A stretch of DNA of 63,999 bases, counting the filler, from Jimgerdemannia flammicorona (Eukaryota), in NCBI GenBank assembly GCA_003990765.1. It is 3 parts of 3 records of this genome, joined end to end, with 100 filler letters (N's around TTAATTAATTAA, not from the genome) between each part and the next. Parts side by side here need not be neighbours in the genome. Positions count along the whole stretch, not along the records: positions 42,908 to 63,999 come from RBNJ01001536.1; 2 more parts are not named here. One strand, 5' to 3'. Position 1 is the first letter of the stretch; the number at the start of each line of letters is the position of its first letter. Below the pieces are notes generated by a model that was not told the DNA's origin, ran no database searches, and saw nothing but the letters and a program-made list of their open reading frames with translations. Shown in pieces: positions 48,975 through 61,899 of this stretch. A program made the translations under genes and the position numbers.

Positions 48975-51900
48975 ATCTGTAGAATTTCTATATCTGTAAA
49001 ATTTCTACATTTGTGAAATATGACTGCTATTTATATGGCTATGCTATATTGAAAATTGGGTTCAGATACCATGATCAAATATCTAATTTCCCAAATTCAT
49101 ATTACTAATTCAGATCAGCTGTCAAAACTTATTCCTAAATAGGTAATTCATCTCTGAAATATCCTATTCACTTGAACTCCCAAGCCTCTACAATCTATAT
49201 CTTCTTGTACTGTATGATCTGTATCATTACATTCCTCCAGTGATATCTTCTAACTTACGCAAAGTCTTCTAAAACTACTTCTTGAAGATGAGCTAAGACT
49301 GACCCATCCTCTAAATAACTTATGTACTCATTTAGCAATAGTTATCTGAATGTGGGAGAGCTGGCACTCTCTAATCCAATCTTCTTTTACCATCTCTGAC
49401 TATGAGTACAGTAGTTATCCTAACTCAAAGAATTTTTAAAGCTCTGTCCAATGCTGGTAGGCCTTGAAGTATGCAATTTATAACAGATGTATCTGTACTA
49501 TACTTTGGATGCTGTCAAAGGATTCCTCCATTATGGGCAGCTCAGTAGTACACCATTGTCTTTCTATGGCTCATTGTGCAGTACTAGTAATCTTGAGAGC
49601 TGTGATTATGCTTCATTGACTAGCCATGATACTTCTTGAGTTGGTTTCAATGAATAGTAGTAGGGATGATTGTGTCTGAGAGTTTTCATAGCCAAAAGGT
49701 AGTCCCTTTTATATCTTGCACAAGGTAAGGTCTTTCCCACTTAGGCTTCAGTTTTCATAACTATGAAGCTTCTACTATATTCTGATACACCAGGACCTTG
49801 TCTCCTATCTTGATAATCTCCAGGGGCTTGTGAATCTTTTCTGCATTATTCTTATGTAATCCTTGGCCTTCTTCCTGATTTGGTATAGTCTCTATATTTC
49901 TCTATCCATATATTTTCATATAGTATCCCTGTTGGATAGGGTTTCTTGAGAACTTTCTTCTCTGAACAGCATTTTCTGAGAGGTATAAGGGGTACTTTGT
50001 GATCAAATATCCCAGAGAGCAGATAATGCTATTGGCAGATAGTGATCCCAGTTTTTGTAGTTATTGCAGATCTTGGTAATAACATTTTTGAGGGACTTAT
50101 TGATCCTTTCTGCCTGTCCATTTTCTTGAGGATAGTATACTGTAGTCTGAATGTACTGGATCTTATACTTCTTGTAGAGAATCTCAAAGAACTGGTTGAC
50201 AAATTCTGTTCCTCTGTCTGTGATTACTTGTATTGGGGTCTTGAACCAGCAGATGATTTCTTTGTGAAAGAAATTAGAAATTGACTGTGCATTGGCTTTC
50301 TTGAGGGGTCCTGCCTCTATCTATTTTGTAAAAAGGTCTACAATGATGATGATGTATCAGTTGCCAGTTAAAGTCAAGGGTAGGGAGCCAATTATATCTA
50401 TTACAATGTGAGAAAATGGTACTAGTTCGTTGGTGGTTCATCATCCTCTTCCTCCTCCTCTTTCTGTGTCTGTTTTTTGAGAGTTTTCTGTCTTCTTTCC
50501 TGATAGATTTTTCTGATACCAATACTACATTGGTAGCAGTCATTGATATGCTCACTGCAATACATTTTGATTCTATGGAGGCAAACTCCTTGTGGTACAT
50601 ATCCTTCTGCAATCTTCTTGTACCAGTCCTCTTCATTGATCTTTCTGACTTTCTTCTTCTTTTTCTGAGTTGTCACCATGTAGGCTTCTTCCTCTTGCTC
50701 ACTTTCTTCTTCCTTTATCTCAGGCAGGACTTCTTTGTTGACATTGATGGGAATTTGTATCTTCTGACCTTGGTAGATGATCTGCATCTTCTGGGCATTC
50801 AGATTGATTATTGCCTTGACTTTGTGTAGCCACTGGTTGCCAATGAGGATGTCATAGTTGGTTGTATTGGTCACAATTACATCTACTGAGATGGTTGCCC
50901 CTCTGAACTTAATGGGAATATCTCAGATCTTTCCTAGAGGTGTGGCTCTTGTACCATTTGCTGTAATGAACACCAATTTGGTTGCTTCTTCAACTTCCCA
51001 ACCAAGGCAGTCTGCTGCTTTCTTGCTGAGGAGGCATTCTCCTGCTCCTGTATTAATAATGGCCTCAAAGACTCTATCTATTACATAGGCAGAGATCTTA
51101 TGGTTATCTTCACTTTCTTTCTCTGAATCCTCTTGAACATTGTTGGTCTTGGTTATGTATCTTCCATCCTTGTTCCTTGGTTGTTTTGGCAAGTCTGTAT
51201 CTCATTTGCTATCTAAATGTGGGTATTTCTGCCAGCTAGTCAAAGATTATATTGATCTTTTGTTGACTGAGGTCCTTGAAGATATTGTACTTGAAGGTCT
51301 TAGTTTTGCAATACTTCTTCTCCTTCTCTCCTTCACTGGCTAGAGTGGTTTCTCAGATGATATCTTGATCTATTACTTCAGCTTAACTTTCTGTAGCAGT
51401 TTTTATCTACTTTTCCACTAGGTTCTTCTTGGGTCTTCCTGGTTATCTCTTGTAGGGTTCTTTGCAGACATCCTTCTTGATGGTCTGCACAGGATAGGCC
51501 CCCCACTCCTTCATCAGACTCTCTAATTTCTATAAAGATGATGATGTTGGCTTGTTTCTTATTTTGAGTAGTATTGCTTGGCTGTGCCTTGTACTTGATT
51601 TCACTTATATATTCATATAGGTAGTGGCCCTCTTCTCCACAAGTATAGCAGGTACCTCTCTTCTTGTCTAAGATGGCAGCAAACTTCTGAATAGGGCAGC
51701 AGTCTCTTCCTCTGATTTTCTTTACCATATCTCTCAGATGGGCAGTCATTTCAGTGAACTGCTTAGTGAGTTCCTCCATAGGGTCACTATTCCTCTGTTA
51801 TTTAGTGGCTCTTATTTGAGGTGTGTTTTGATTGATCACTATGGTAGGGATCACACTAGTTGCCTTGGGTACTTCAATTCTAACTCCAGTGACTCTCTCC

Positions 51901-52997
51901 ATTATATGGTATTGTAAGTATCTGGCTATCCAGTATGGCTGGGAATAGGTGACCTTCTGTATCAGATCCAGGACTATTAGTAATGAGCAGATAGCCAGGG
52001 CTATCTCTGGATGAATTCCTTTTATAAAGGTTACTTTGGCTACTTGATCTCTGATGGCAGCAGCATAATCTGTAAGGATTATCTGATATCAGATTCTGAT
52101 GTAGAATGTGTTTGGATCCTCACTCATTCTTTGATATATTATGTTGAGCTGATCCTTCAGTGCCTGTTTGATCTCATCTCTATAGTATATGTCTTGGAGC
52201 CAGGTGCTAGCATAGCATTATCATTATTTCCTACATGGGTTGCAGCTGTAAATACTGCTCTTGCTGGTCCCCAGAGATCAAAGGATATGAGGGTTACTTG
52301 CTGCCTTACTATCAGGCCTCTTATAGCAGCATATTGCTTGAAATCATCAATAAAGATGATGATTGACTTATCTGAAGTATAATCATGGAATACTAGTGGT
52401 CTCATATCCAACTTGTCTAAATATCTTGGTTTGATTTAAATGGTTGTTCAGGTGGTGGTTATTTGCTATTTAGCTTGAAAGTGAGAGATTTATCTTAAAT
52501 CACTAGCCAATAGGCACCAAGTTGTAATATAGCAGATACTTAATCTTAGAAGTATGTCAGATTTCTGTATCTTGGAAACTTAATTCTCTTTGACTCTGCA
52601 GATTTCTCAAAATATAGGGTGGGTGAGTTTGAAGTGTATCTGCATACAGGCTTATGAGTTTCTTTGCATTTTCTTTACTTTTGAACTATTTCAATCTAAG
52701 GTTTATTCACTCTAAGATACTGGGTTATTTATACAGGTTTGCTAGCTATAAGGGGGCTAAGTTATGACTACATTTCCTATAAGTTATTTTCTATAAGTAT
52801 TGATCCTCTATATCTGTGAAATCTCTATAATTATGAAGATTCTACATCTATAGAATTTCTACATCTGTAGAATTTCTATATTTGATGAATATGACTACTA
52901 TTTATATGGCTATGCTAATTCAGGAATTGGGTTTAGGTACCATGATCAAATGTCTAATTCCCCTGATTCATGTTATTAATTCAGATCAGTCATCACA
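48975..52997 (-). mobile_element. Gypsy 4, same family as Gypsy 3, internally deleted (dUTPase-RT-RH lost); 5' LTR 52523-52997, partial 3' LTR 48975-49126
   Basis: Colinear with Gypsy 3 except at a junction near 50420-50432 joining the EDDEPP region to the integrase PVPF region. Confidence 0.88.
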
Positions 52998-53789
52998 ATA
53001 TATTGGTAAAATTGAGAATTATTCCAATATATGATTCTCCTTTCCTTTCTTACTCCAAGTTGTTTGAGAACTCTGCAAATATTTTGATATTGATTTTTAG
53101 CTACTAAATATATATTTATTTAATTTTAATATATATGTTATATATATATATATATAACCACTTATATATATTAATCTGAACTCTCAGACTCATCTTCATA
53201 ATTCCAATTATTTGAATTCTCTCCAGAATAGTGCCCAGTATCCATTTCTTGACTATGATAGAGAGTAGTAGTGGTGGGAGATACTATTGTAGCATACAGT
53301 GAGAGTCATTGGAATTGACTTGAGATTTCTGAACCTATAGATAATGAAGAATATTAGTAAAATTGAAAAAAACAAAAGAATTAAAAGTAGATAATGAGAT
53401 AGATATCATACTCAGATTGTTAAGTTGATATTATCTATGAATTACATCAATATTATCTTCTTTTATAATAATTCTTTTTTGCTTTTTCTGAATGTCATAC
53501 TTGACCCAAAACTAGAGGCTGACTCTATAAGTTGCTCATAACTCTTGTAGCTTCACTTGATCTGATTATCCTTCAAGTTGTCATTTGGGATTATATTTAT
53601 TGCTGGAGTGTATTGCTGGTGGCATGATTAGTTCTGAATTACAATATGCATAAATGGGTAAGTTTGAGAAATTATAAAAATAATAAAATACAATTTTGAA
53701 TAAATAGAAGTAATTTAAAATTTACCTAATATCACTAGACAATAGATAATAATTGTAATAATGATAAATCTAAATTACTGAACAATATA

Positions 53790-53990
53790 GATGACAGGTA
53801 ATAGTAAATCTGAGCTGCTGGGTGATGGCCAATAAATCTGAGCCACTGGCAATGATGAATCTGATAAGATGGCTAGATAATAAGTAATGATGAATCTGAG
53901 CTACTAGATGAATGACAATATATCTGAGCTGCTGGATGACTGACAATAAATCTGAGCTGCTGGATAATGGATAATGATGAACGTAAGCTA
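53790..53990. repeat. Degenerate ~27-30 bp tandem repeats with core AATCTGAGCTGCTGGA
   Basis: Several visible units; the reverse-complement core TCCAGCAGCTCAGATT recurs at 54820-55028 and 60774-60920. Confidence 0.7.
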
Positions 53991-54819
53991 CTGGACTCCA
54001 GGTCAATAGTCAATTTACTTTATATATTATGAGATTGGTCTAGCAATATTCTTGGCTCAATAGTCAATTCAGCACTCCTTCACTTTATTGTATGATTAGT
54101 CCAGTGATATTCTTGGCTCAATATTTCATTTAGCACTCCTTTACTTTGTGATGGGATCAGTATAGGGTCAATAGTTTTCAGCACTTGTTTGCTTTATAGA
54201 GTTAGAGAGTAAATATAAAGCTATAAAATAATGATAATAGGTTATGGCTCTTTTAATATAGGGTTAAGATGTATTATATGAATCATGCTAGCTATCTCAT
54301 CATTCTTACATCACATTTTCTATTACTCATATATTTCATAAGTATAAACTTATACATATCTCTCTTAATTTCTTATCTACTCTCACTTCTATCAGTGAAG
54401 TTCCTTCTTCCTTAAAGATGTCTCTGTTCTATCTTTTTATATAAATTCCTTTACTCCCAATATTACCCTCCCTCTGACTGCCTTTATCTACTATCTATTA
54501 CTCTTTTTTACTGTGTGAATTTCTCCTCTATCTTTCAAGATCTCCCTTTGTAATTTCTTTCTCTATCTCTCATCACCCATTATCTAGAGACTCAGATTTA
54601 GCATTACTCATTATAATGTGAATTTTTTGTGGGATTAAGGGAAGGCATTGTTGAAGGTAAGTGTGATATAATATTTAGATTCCTGGAAAATTATCACATA
54701 ATCATATCAATATAAGTAGTAAAATATATCAATCATCCTAGGTAAGCTCTCTAGTTTCAAGTATTATCATATCACATTACATATATATTATAGTTCAATT
54801 AACTTACTTTTATGTCCAG

Positions 54820-55028
54820 TGGTTCAGAATTATCATTGCCTATCATCCAGTAGCACCTGTTTCTCAGTAGCTTATACCTTATTATTATTTATTAGCTAGA
54901 ACTCAGATTCATTGTCTGCTATCCAGTATTATTTCCAGTCATCCAGTGGCTCAAATTTATCATCACTCATTGTTCAGTAGCTCAGATTTATTGCCCATTA
55001 TCCAGCAGCTCACCTCAGATTTATCATC
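54820..55028. repeat. Inverted-orientation copies of the same repeat, split by the LINE insertion (continues 60774-60920)
   Basis: CCAG(C/T)AGCTCAGATT(T/C)AT units on both sides of the LINE. Confidence 0.7.
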
Positions 55029-58000
55029 TTTTTTTTTTTATAGTCACTCTGACTTACATTTATTACCACTCAATCTATAAATAATACAACATATGTACCC
55101 ACAATCTCTCAGCCAATGCTTCTTGAATCCCTCTCTTTACTTGCCATCTCTCTCTGCTGAAGGACAACCCAGCCACCTACTATCTGAACCCTCCTATCAC
55201 TCTTCTTATAAATACAATTTACCAGATTCTGATGGCCCCCCCCACCTGGTCCCCACCCTCTCCACCAACCATTCAAAATGTCTAGTATTAACCATTCCTA
55301 ATATGCTACCTTAGCTCCAATTGCAACCTGCTGGCCCTCCTCAAAGATATGAAGCCAATGACTGGCCATTCCTACTCAAATTGCTAGGGCCTATCCTAAT
55401 ATCAACCATTCATCTCCCACCCCACCCACTAACCCTGCCTGAGGTTTTCCCATCTCTCTCCTTCTCCCCCCACCAGCGGCTGCAATTTCAGCCAGCTAGA
55501 AATACTGTGCCAAAACTCCTCCAAATCTTCACACTCTTCTAGTTGAGGTGTTTGAACACTCTCCCCTCCTGGCCAATGTCTATGCATTCCTCATACTTGA
55601 ACACACCATCTGCTACCAAGTGCCCCAACTAATAGTTCAGCATCACATTCTGTCTCAGGAACCTCCACCATACTACCCAGAACTTGGGGGGAAGCTAATA
55701 CATTACCTGCTTGCTCTAAGGCCAAATACCATTCCAATTCCACTCCTCACCAATCCCCACCCTCTGCCATGCTTCAGGCCACATGTCACCCCTGAGCCCC
55801 CTCATACATTTCATTCTATCACCAAGCTGAAAGTCCTCCACCAATGTACCTCCCAGTAGTATTTGGTCCCATCTCTACATTCATGGTCCCCAGTCCTCCT
55901 TTCTCTCATCACCTTTCCACTGAAGTCCAATTCTCCTTACACTATCCACCACTCCCCACCAAAAGCCTTTGTAATATATCCTCTTGCTCCCATCCATGGC
56001 CACTATCACAAGTAGGTCACCAGTCGCTTCACAAGGGGAGTAATGGACTTCCCAAACCCTCTGCATAAGTGGCACCCACTCCTGGCCTCTTAACTCACTT
56101 GCTCTCTTCAGCCACCATGCCCTCAGACAGTAGAGATACTTGGTAAAATCCACTAAGCCCAGTCTGCCTCTGTCAACAGGCAGGGTTATAAACTTCCAGC
56201 CTATCTGACTTTACTGCCCAGCCCAAATCCATGATCTTGCCATCTTCAGAAGACATCTGACCACTCATGCCAGGAAGTCCAGATGATACCCTACATACTA
56301 CAGCTTTGGTAGCCAATACACATTCAGCACTATCACCCTTTCTGCTAAGAATATATGCCAACCACCCCACCTCAAAAGAGTATTTCCCCATACTAGTAGT
56401 TGCTGTTCCCACTATGTACAGAGCAGAAGGGACCCATATACTAAAAAGTATATCTCCAAGTACCAGACTGGTTCTCCAGCCAGAACTACTGTTCAAATCA
56501 CATTGCCACCAACAATTCTGCCACCTAGCACCAGAGTCTCACACTTGTGCCAGTTGAGTCAAGTACCTGAGCCCCTCTTATACCATTCCACAGTTCTCCT
56601 TAATTCCTCCACATCTACCAATGAACTCAGTCCAACCACCATATCATCTGTAAGGCCCCAACCTTCCAGTTAATCTCCAAAATATCCAAACCCTCAATTT
56701 GATGCCAAATCCTGTTCCAAGGAGAGGGTATATAGGATGAGTGATAAAGGATCTCCTTGTGGCACTCCACAACCCAGCAGAAAAGTCACACCTCTGTGCC
56801 CATTTACTACTAATACTGCATGACTGTTCTCCAATAGACTGATTAATGACCTCCTGACTGCTGGGGGAACTCTTATATGTTTCAGCACTCCTTTCAGCCA
56901 GATCCTCCTCACCCTGTCATATGTTTTCTCCTGATCCAGAAACACTAACTGGCTATTAACTCCAGCTGCCTAAGCCCCTTCAATTACTCCATAAACCCAG
57001 ACAGTTCTATCTTGTATCAATCAACCCCCAACAAATCCCCTCTGCCCCACTCCTAGCACCTGCTGAGCTATTCACTGCAACCTAGTTACTAAAATCTTTG
57101 TCACTAGCTTATAGTTCATATCAAGGAGCATGATCAGTTACTAGTTCTTCCAATCTTCTCTTCTCCCCTTATCCTTATAGAGCAAGAAGACCAGCCCTAG
57201 GCACTGGCCCCCAATCTAAGTTCCAGACTAAAGGACCTTACCATACATCACTGTTATCTCCTCCAATACTACCTCAACCTCAACCATTTTCTTCTAAAAA
57301 TCTCAGAGAAGTCCATCCTCTCCTGGAGCTGTCCTCTTGCTTGTTGAAGCTAAGACCCTGCATACTTCCTCTCTCCACACCAGATCTCCCAGTATCTCCA
57401 GGCCAAGTACTGGGTCTGGATACCAATCCTCCAACTGCTGTTCAATATCCAGGGCATCCTCACTCCCTTCTTCTTCACTCCATAGATTCTCCTAACAATT
57501 CCTTAGCAATTTTAAAATCTTAGAGGTCCCTGCCACTATCTCCCCATCTATATCCAAAATGCCATCCTACCACTATCTGGTTCTCCAAGCTTGGAGCAAT
57601 CATGAAAGAAATCTAGTGGGCCTCTCCCCCTCCTCCAACCCCTGCCACCACAGCCTCACCACCATCCCCTTTAGCTGAACCTCTTCCTCCATCCATAGCA
57701 CCCCCTTCAGCTCATCTACTTCCTTTTATATCAGCAGAATTCACCAGTTGGCTGCCCTCCCATCCTCCAGCGATCCTGCCTATCTCTCCAGAAGTGCCTC
57801 TAATCTCTATAAAGCCCATTGCACTTGCCACTGCCACTGAGCACTCCTTTCTTTTCCTGCCTCCCTCCAGTACCTCTGAGCACTCGATTTCAGCTGCTGC
57901 CAGTAATTCCCAATTACCAATTTCTGCTCTTGCCACCTATCAATCTTTTCAATAATTTCCACCTTTCAGTCTATCCATAAGGAACTATCCTCCAATAAAG

Positions 58001-60771
58001 AAGAATTCAGTCACTAATGTCTGGGCCCATTCCAATTTCCCCCAAACCTCCCAATATCTATCAGACCCCAGTAATCTGACCATGAGCACCAAACCACCTC
58101 CAGTATGTCCAGGACATCCACTCTCCAACACTCTACTGTCAACATCCAGTTGATCCTGGAGCCCGGCCCCACAACCCAGTGGGTATAAATTTGGCAGTCC
58201 ACTCAGAGCTATTGCCCTGAGTCAACCAAGGAGCTCACCCTCTCAATCTCTATCCAATCATCCAACCTGTCATTTCTGCCTCTCATTCCTCTTCTACCAT
58301 CAGTCCTGTCTATCCCACTATTATGCACCATGTTGAAATCACCCCCCAGGCAGTCAATCCCTGCCTCACCTATAACACCAGTCTCTCTCAGGTCCCTAAT
58401 TCAATCTATACATTCCCCTCTCTTAGCTGGGCAATAACATGACCCAACAATCAAAGAGTTCTACCCAGGCCTCTTCCATACTCTCTATACTAACCTACTC
58501 CCCCAATGTTCAATATCTCCAATGTCCACCATCCCCTTTCGAACCAGAATGCCCACCTGCACAGTCCCCACAACTACCTCACTCCATTCACTAGTCCAAT
58601 CCTGTAAGTCCATATCTGCCTCATACCATATATCCTGCAGTAAGAAGAGATCTACATCCAGTCCCCTCAGCCAGCCAAAGATATTCCTTCTCTGTTCCAC
58701 TCCTCTCAACCCATTCATATTCAAAGAAAATATTCTAGTTGTACTGTTCATATTGAAAAATGTTTGATATTGAGAGCCCAGTCTAGAATTCCATATTCAT
58801 CTTATCATCAGCCAGATCCACATACCACTCTGCCTCCAACTCATCATTTGCTACAGCCTGAGCATCCAGTGCTTCCAAGTTTTCCTGACACTCTACCCTA
58901 TCCACAACCTCCATTTCTACCTAATAATCTGTTCATATCACTCTCCACTTCTCCAACCCCTTCCATGAGCCCCACAAGTATGCTGCCCAGTTATTTGCAA
59001 ACTCTTGAAGGGCCTCCTCCCTCTGATCATCCACTTTATATTTCTCTGACTCTAAGAGCACTGCCAGGATCTCATTCCTAATCTTTCTCAACACCTCCTC
59101 CCTATGAAAGATTTTCTCCCAATACCTATCACTTAGAACCCAGAAGTCCTCTCCCCCCAGCTCCTCAGCTGCCACCCCCTCTAGAGTCTTCTACAGCCAC
59201 TTCTCTTTATCCACCACCTCAGCAACACCCTGAGCAACCTCTTCAACCCCCACCACAGGGTCCATCAAAGTGCTCCTCCTCTCTGACTCATCCTACTCCT
59301 CTTTCAGTACATCTAATAGTTTCTCCTCCCACTCTGCCACACTTGGGACACCATACTGAGAGCATACTTCCTCTCCCATTTCTGTATCCTCCCCCATCCC
59401 TCTTTACTCAATCCACCCTGGGCTGCATCCTGAGCCACCTGGTGCTCTCCAGCCCAGGTGCTCTCTCTTAGTCCAGCATCACCTTCTTTCACCCCACTAT
59501 CTGCCACACTCCCTCCCAGCTTCTCCAACAACTCCTTCTGGATTTGCCTCTCCTGCACCTTCTCTCAGGCCACCTTATCCATCCTGATCCTCTTTCCATC
59601 CACAATCTCCACCAATGTCTTGGCTTCATACTCCTTCCAAGTCAGTCTCCTCCTCTCAACTGCTCCCACCAGATCCTCAAGAGCCTTCAGCAAGTCCTCC
59701 TCTTCTTCTGGCATCCCTTTCACCCACAAGACCTTGCACTCAACTGGTCCCCACTTAAGAATCACTGGCCCGTCTCTCATCTTCTCTATATTCTCCTTTT
59801 CTGCCAGCCTCACCCAGATGTCAACATCTCCTGTCCAGAGTTCAGTACTCTCCCAGACTCTGAACCTAATGTCTATAATCTCCCTATACTCCTTGACCAC
59901 CTCCACAATCAGCTCTCTGGCCCTCTCCCTCAACACTATAGGAAGATCCAATACTATTAACTGCACTATACAGGGGTCCCAGTACATATACCTGGCCATA
60001 GGAATCACCACTCCTCCCACTATTACTCCTTTCTCCATGGCCTTCAACATTGACTCCTCTTCCTCAAATCCAACCTCAACCCCTTCTTTCCTCTTCAAGA
60101 ACTTCACCGAAGCCACCCCCTTCACCTCCTGTACCACTAGCCCTAAGATTATTTTCACAGTCACCACCAAGCCTCAGAAGCACAATGTAATGGTGAATTC
60201 TGACCTTGACATTTTGAGTAATGGTGCTGACACCATGCCCATCATACCATCTGCTAGGTCTCTGGGCCTCATGCCCTCCCCCTGTCCTGATCTGCCACTA
60301 ACCATCACATTGGATTTTTTTCCAGATTGTAAGTCACAGCTCCATCAGTAGTCATATCTCTAGCTCCTACTTCCCCCCTTCCCCTACTGCCCAAACCTCC
60401 CAAGGGGGCCCCTCTCTGTCCCCCAACTGAAGCTATTGATGCCTTCCCCAGTCCCAATCAACTATCTAGACCAGTTACCATCTTCCCCATCTTGACCTTA
60501 TTAGCAAAGGTTGTCCTCCCCCCTCCTTGCTGCCTCAATCCACCTCTTCCTCCACCACCAACACTGCAGCCAGCCATAGAAGGCCCTGGTATTCCCAAAC
60601 TATCTCTCTGCCTCCTCTCTATATGCTATCAGTCAAAGGCGCTGTTGCTCCCCTGGCTAACATACTCATCAGTATGTTCATTACTGTCCATATTGCTAGT
60701 CTTCTTTCACTAAAAATGTTGCAAAAAGTGTTGTCTGAGTCTTGTGTCACCTGAATGTTACCAGTGAAAGG
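55029..60771 (-). mobile_element. Full-length L1/Tx1-type LINE, subfamily B, heavily mutated
   Basis: Poly(A) seen as T11 at 55029-55039; ORF2 58751-~55109 (MNSTTRIFSLNMNGLR, LDQEKTYD, QGDPLS); ORF1 60691-58783. Candidate 15-bp TSD ctcagatttatcatc (55014-55028) / ctcaaatttatcatc (60774-60788). Confidence 0.9.
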
Positions 60772-61899
60772 TGCTCAAATTTATCATCACCTATTGTCCA
60801 GCAGCTTAGTCCAGCAGCTCAGATTTATTACCTATTGTCCAGTAGCTCAGATTCAACAACTATTATCTAGGAGCTCATATTCATCATTACCCATCATTCA
60901 GTAGCTCAGATTCATTGTACAAATCTATTTGTATTTTTTACTACTTTCTATCTTAATATGATATACTCTAAAAAATCTACTCTCAAAGATTCTCTAAAAT
61001 GCTCTATTGTAATCAGAAGTGTGTAAGTCATGAAGAATTGACCCAGTACTTCAATACTATATATATATATAACACTGAATCTACCAGAGCCCTTTCAGCA
61101 ACTATAGATCAAAGCAATATACAGACTGATATAATAAATAGTATATCTTCAAATATCAATATCTCTTCAAAGTAAGCCAGTTAGCCTTGATCAAACTATA
61201 TCTGATATATCAACTGAAGGTAATAATGACTACCAGGATTCTGACCAAGAGATAGTAAGTAATAGTTGTAATGAAGATGAAGACAGTTATGAAGCAAGTA
61301 ACAGTCACAATGAAGATAAAGATAGTTATAAAGTAGAATGTAATAATCTCAGAGACGATACTTTGGAGCTTTTAGAAAATATCATGCAACTTTTGTTTAT
61401 ATTGAAATTTGGTGATATTCTCTCAGATTATCATAGAGGTCATATCTATGATAGCACAGATCAAGATTTATATATATTTGATATACAAATGAAATATTAT
61501 GAACAGTATTATAATCTATACTTATCTGAACCAGTAACAATGAGCTATGATTGACAAACTTCATCTTCTTCAAGACAAGAATATTTATTAGAGCTGCAGA
61601 TGAATTCTAGAGGCTATCAGAAGTGGATGGTTGAATAGTCTAAATATTAGAATAACTAATTTGATAACTTGGTACTTGATAGATATGATGAATGAAATAT
61701 CCTATATTTTAGTAAGTATATAGATTGATTTTAGAATTAATATAGTTGAGTTTATAGAGCTCTAACTTCAATAGTTTTTATTTGATTTAACTAATTTCTA
61801 TATATATATATTTTAGAAATTCTGGCAAACATCTATTCTGCTAGATAGATTAAAAAAAAAATGAATCATAGAGTAGAGAATATCATCTTTGATTTCTAA

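Noticed and set aside
49127..49240. Apparent longer 3' LTR starting TGTAAT at 49231
   Set aside because: The extra-ORF frame continues through it, a decayed GGGGACGAA/PPT motif lies at ~49127-49157, and homology to the 5' LTR begins at 49126.
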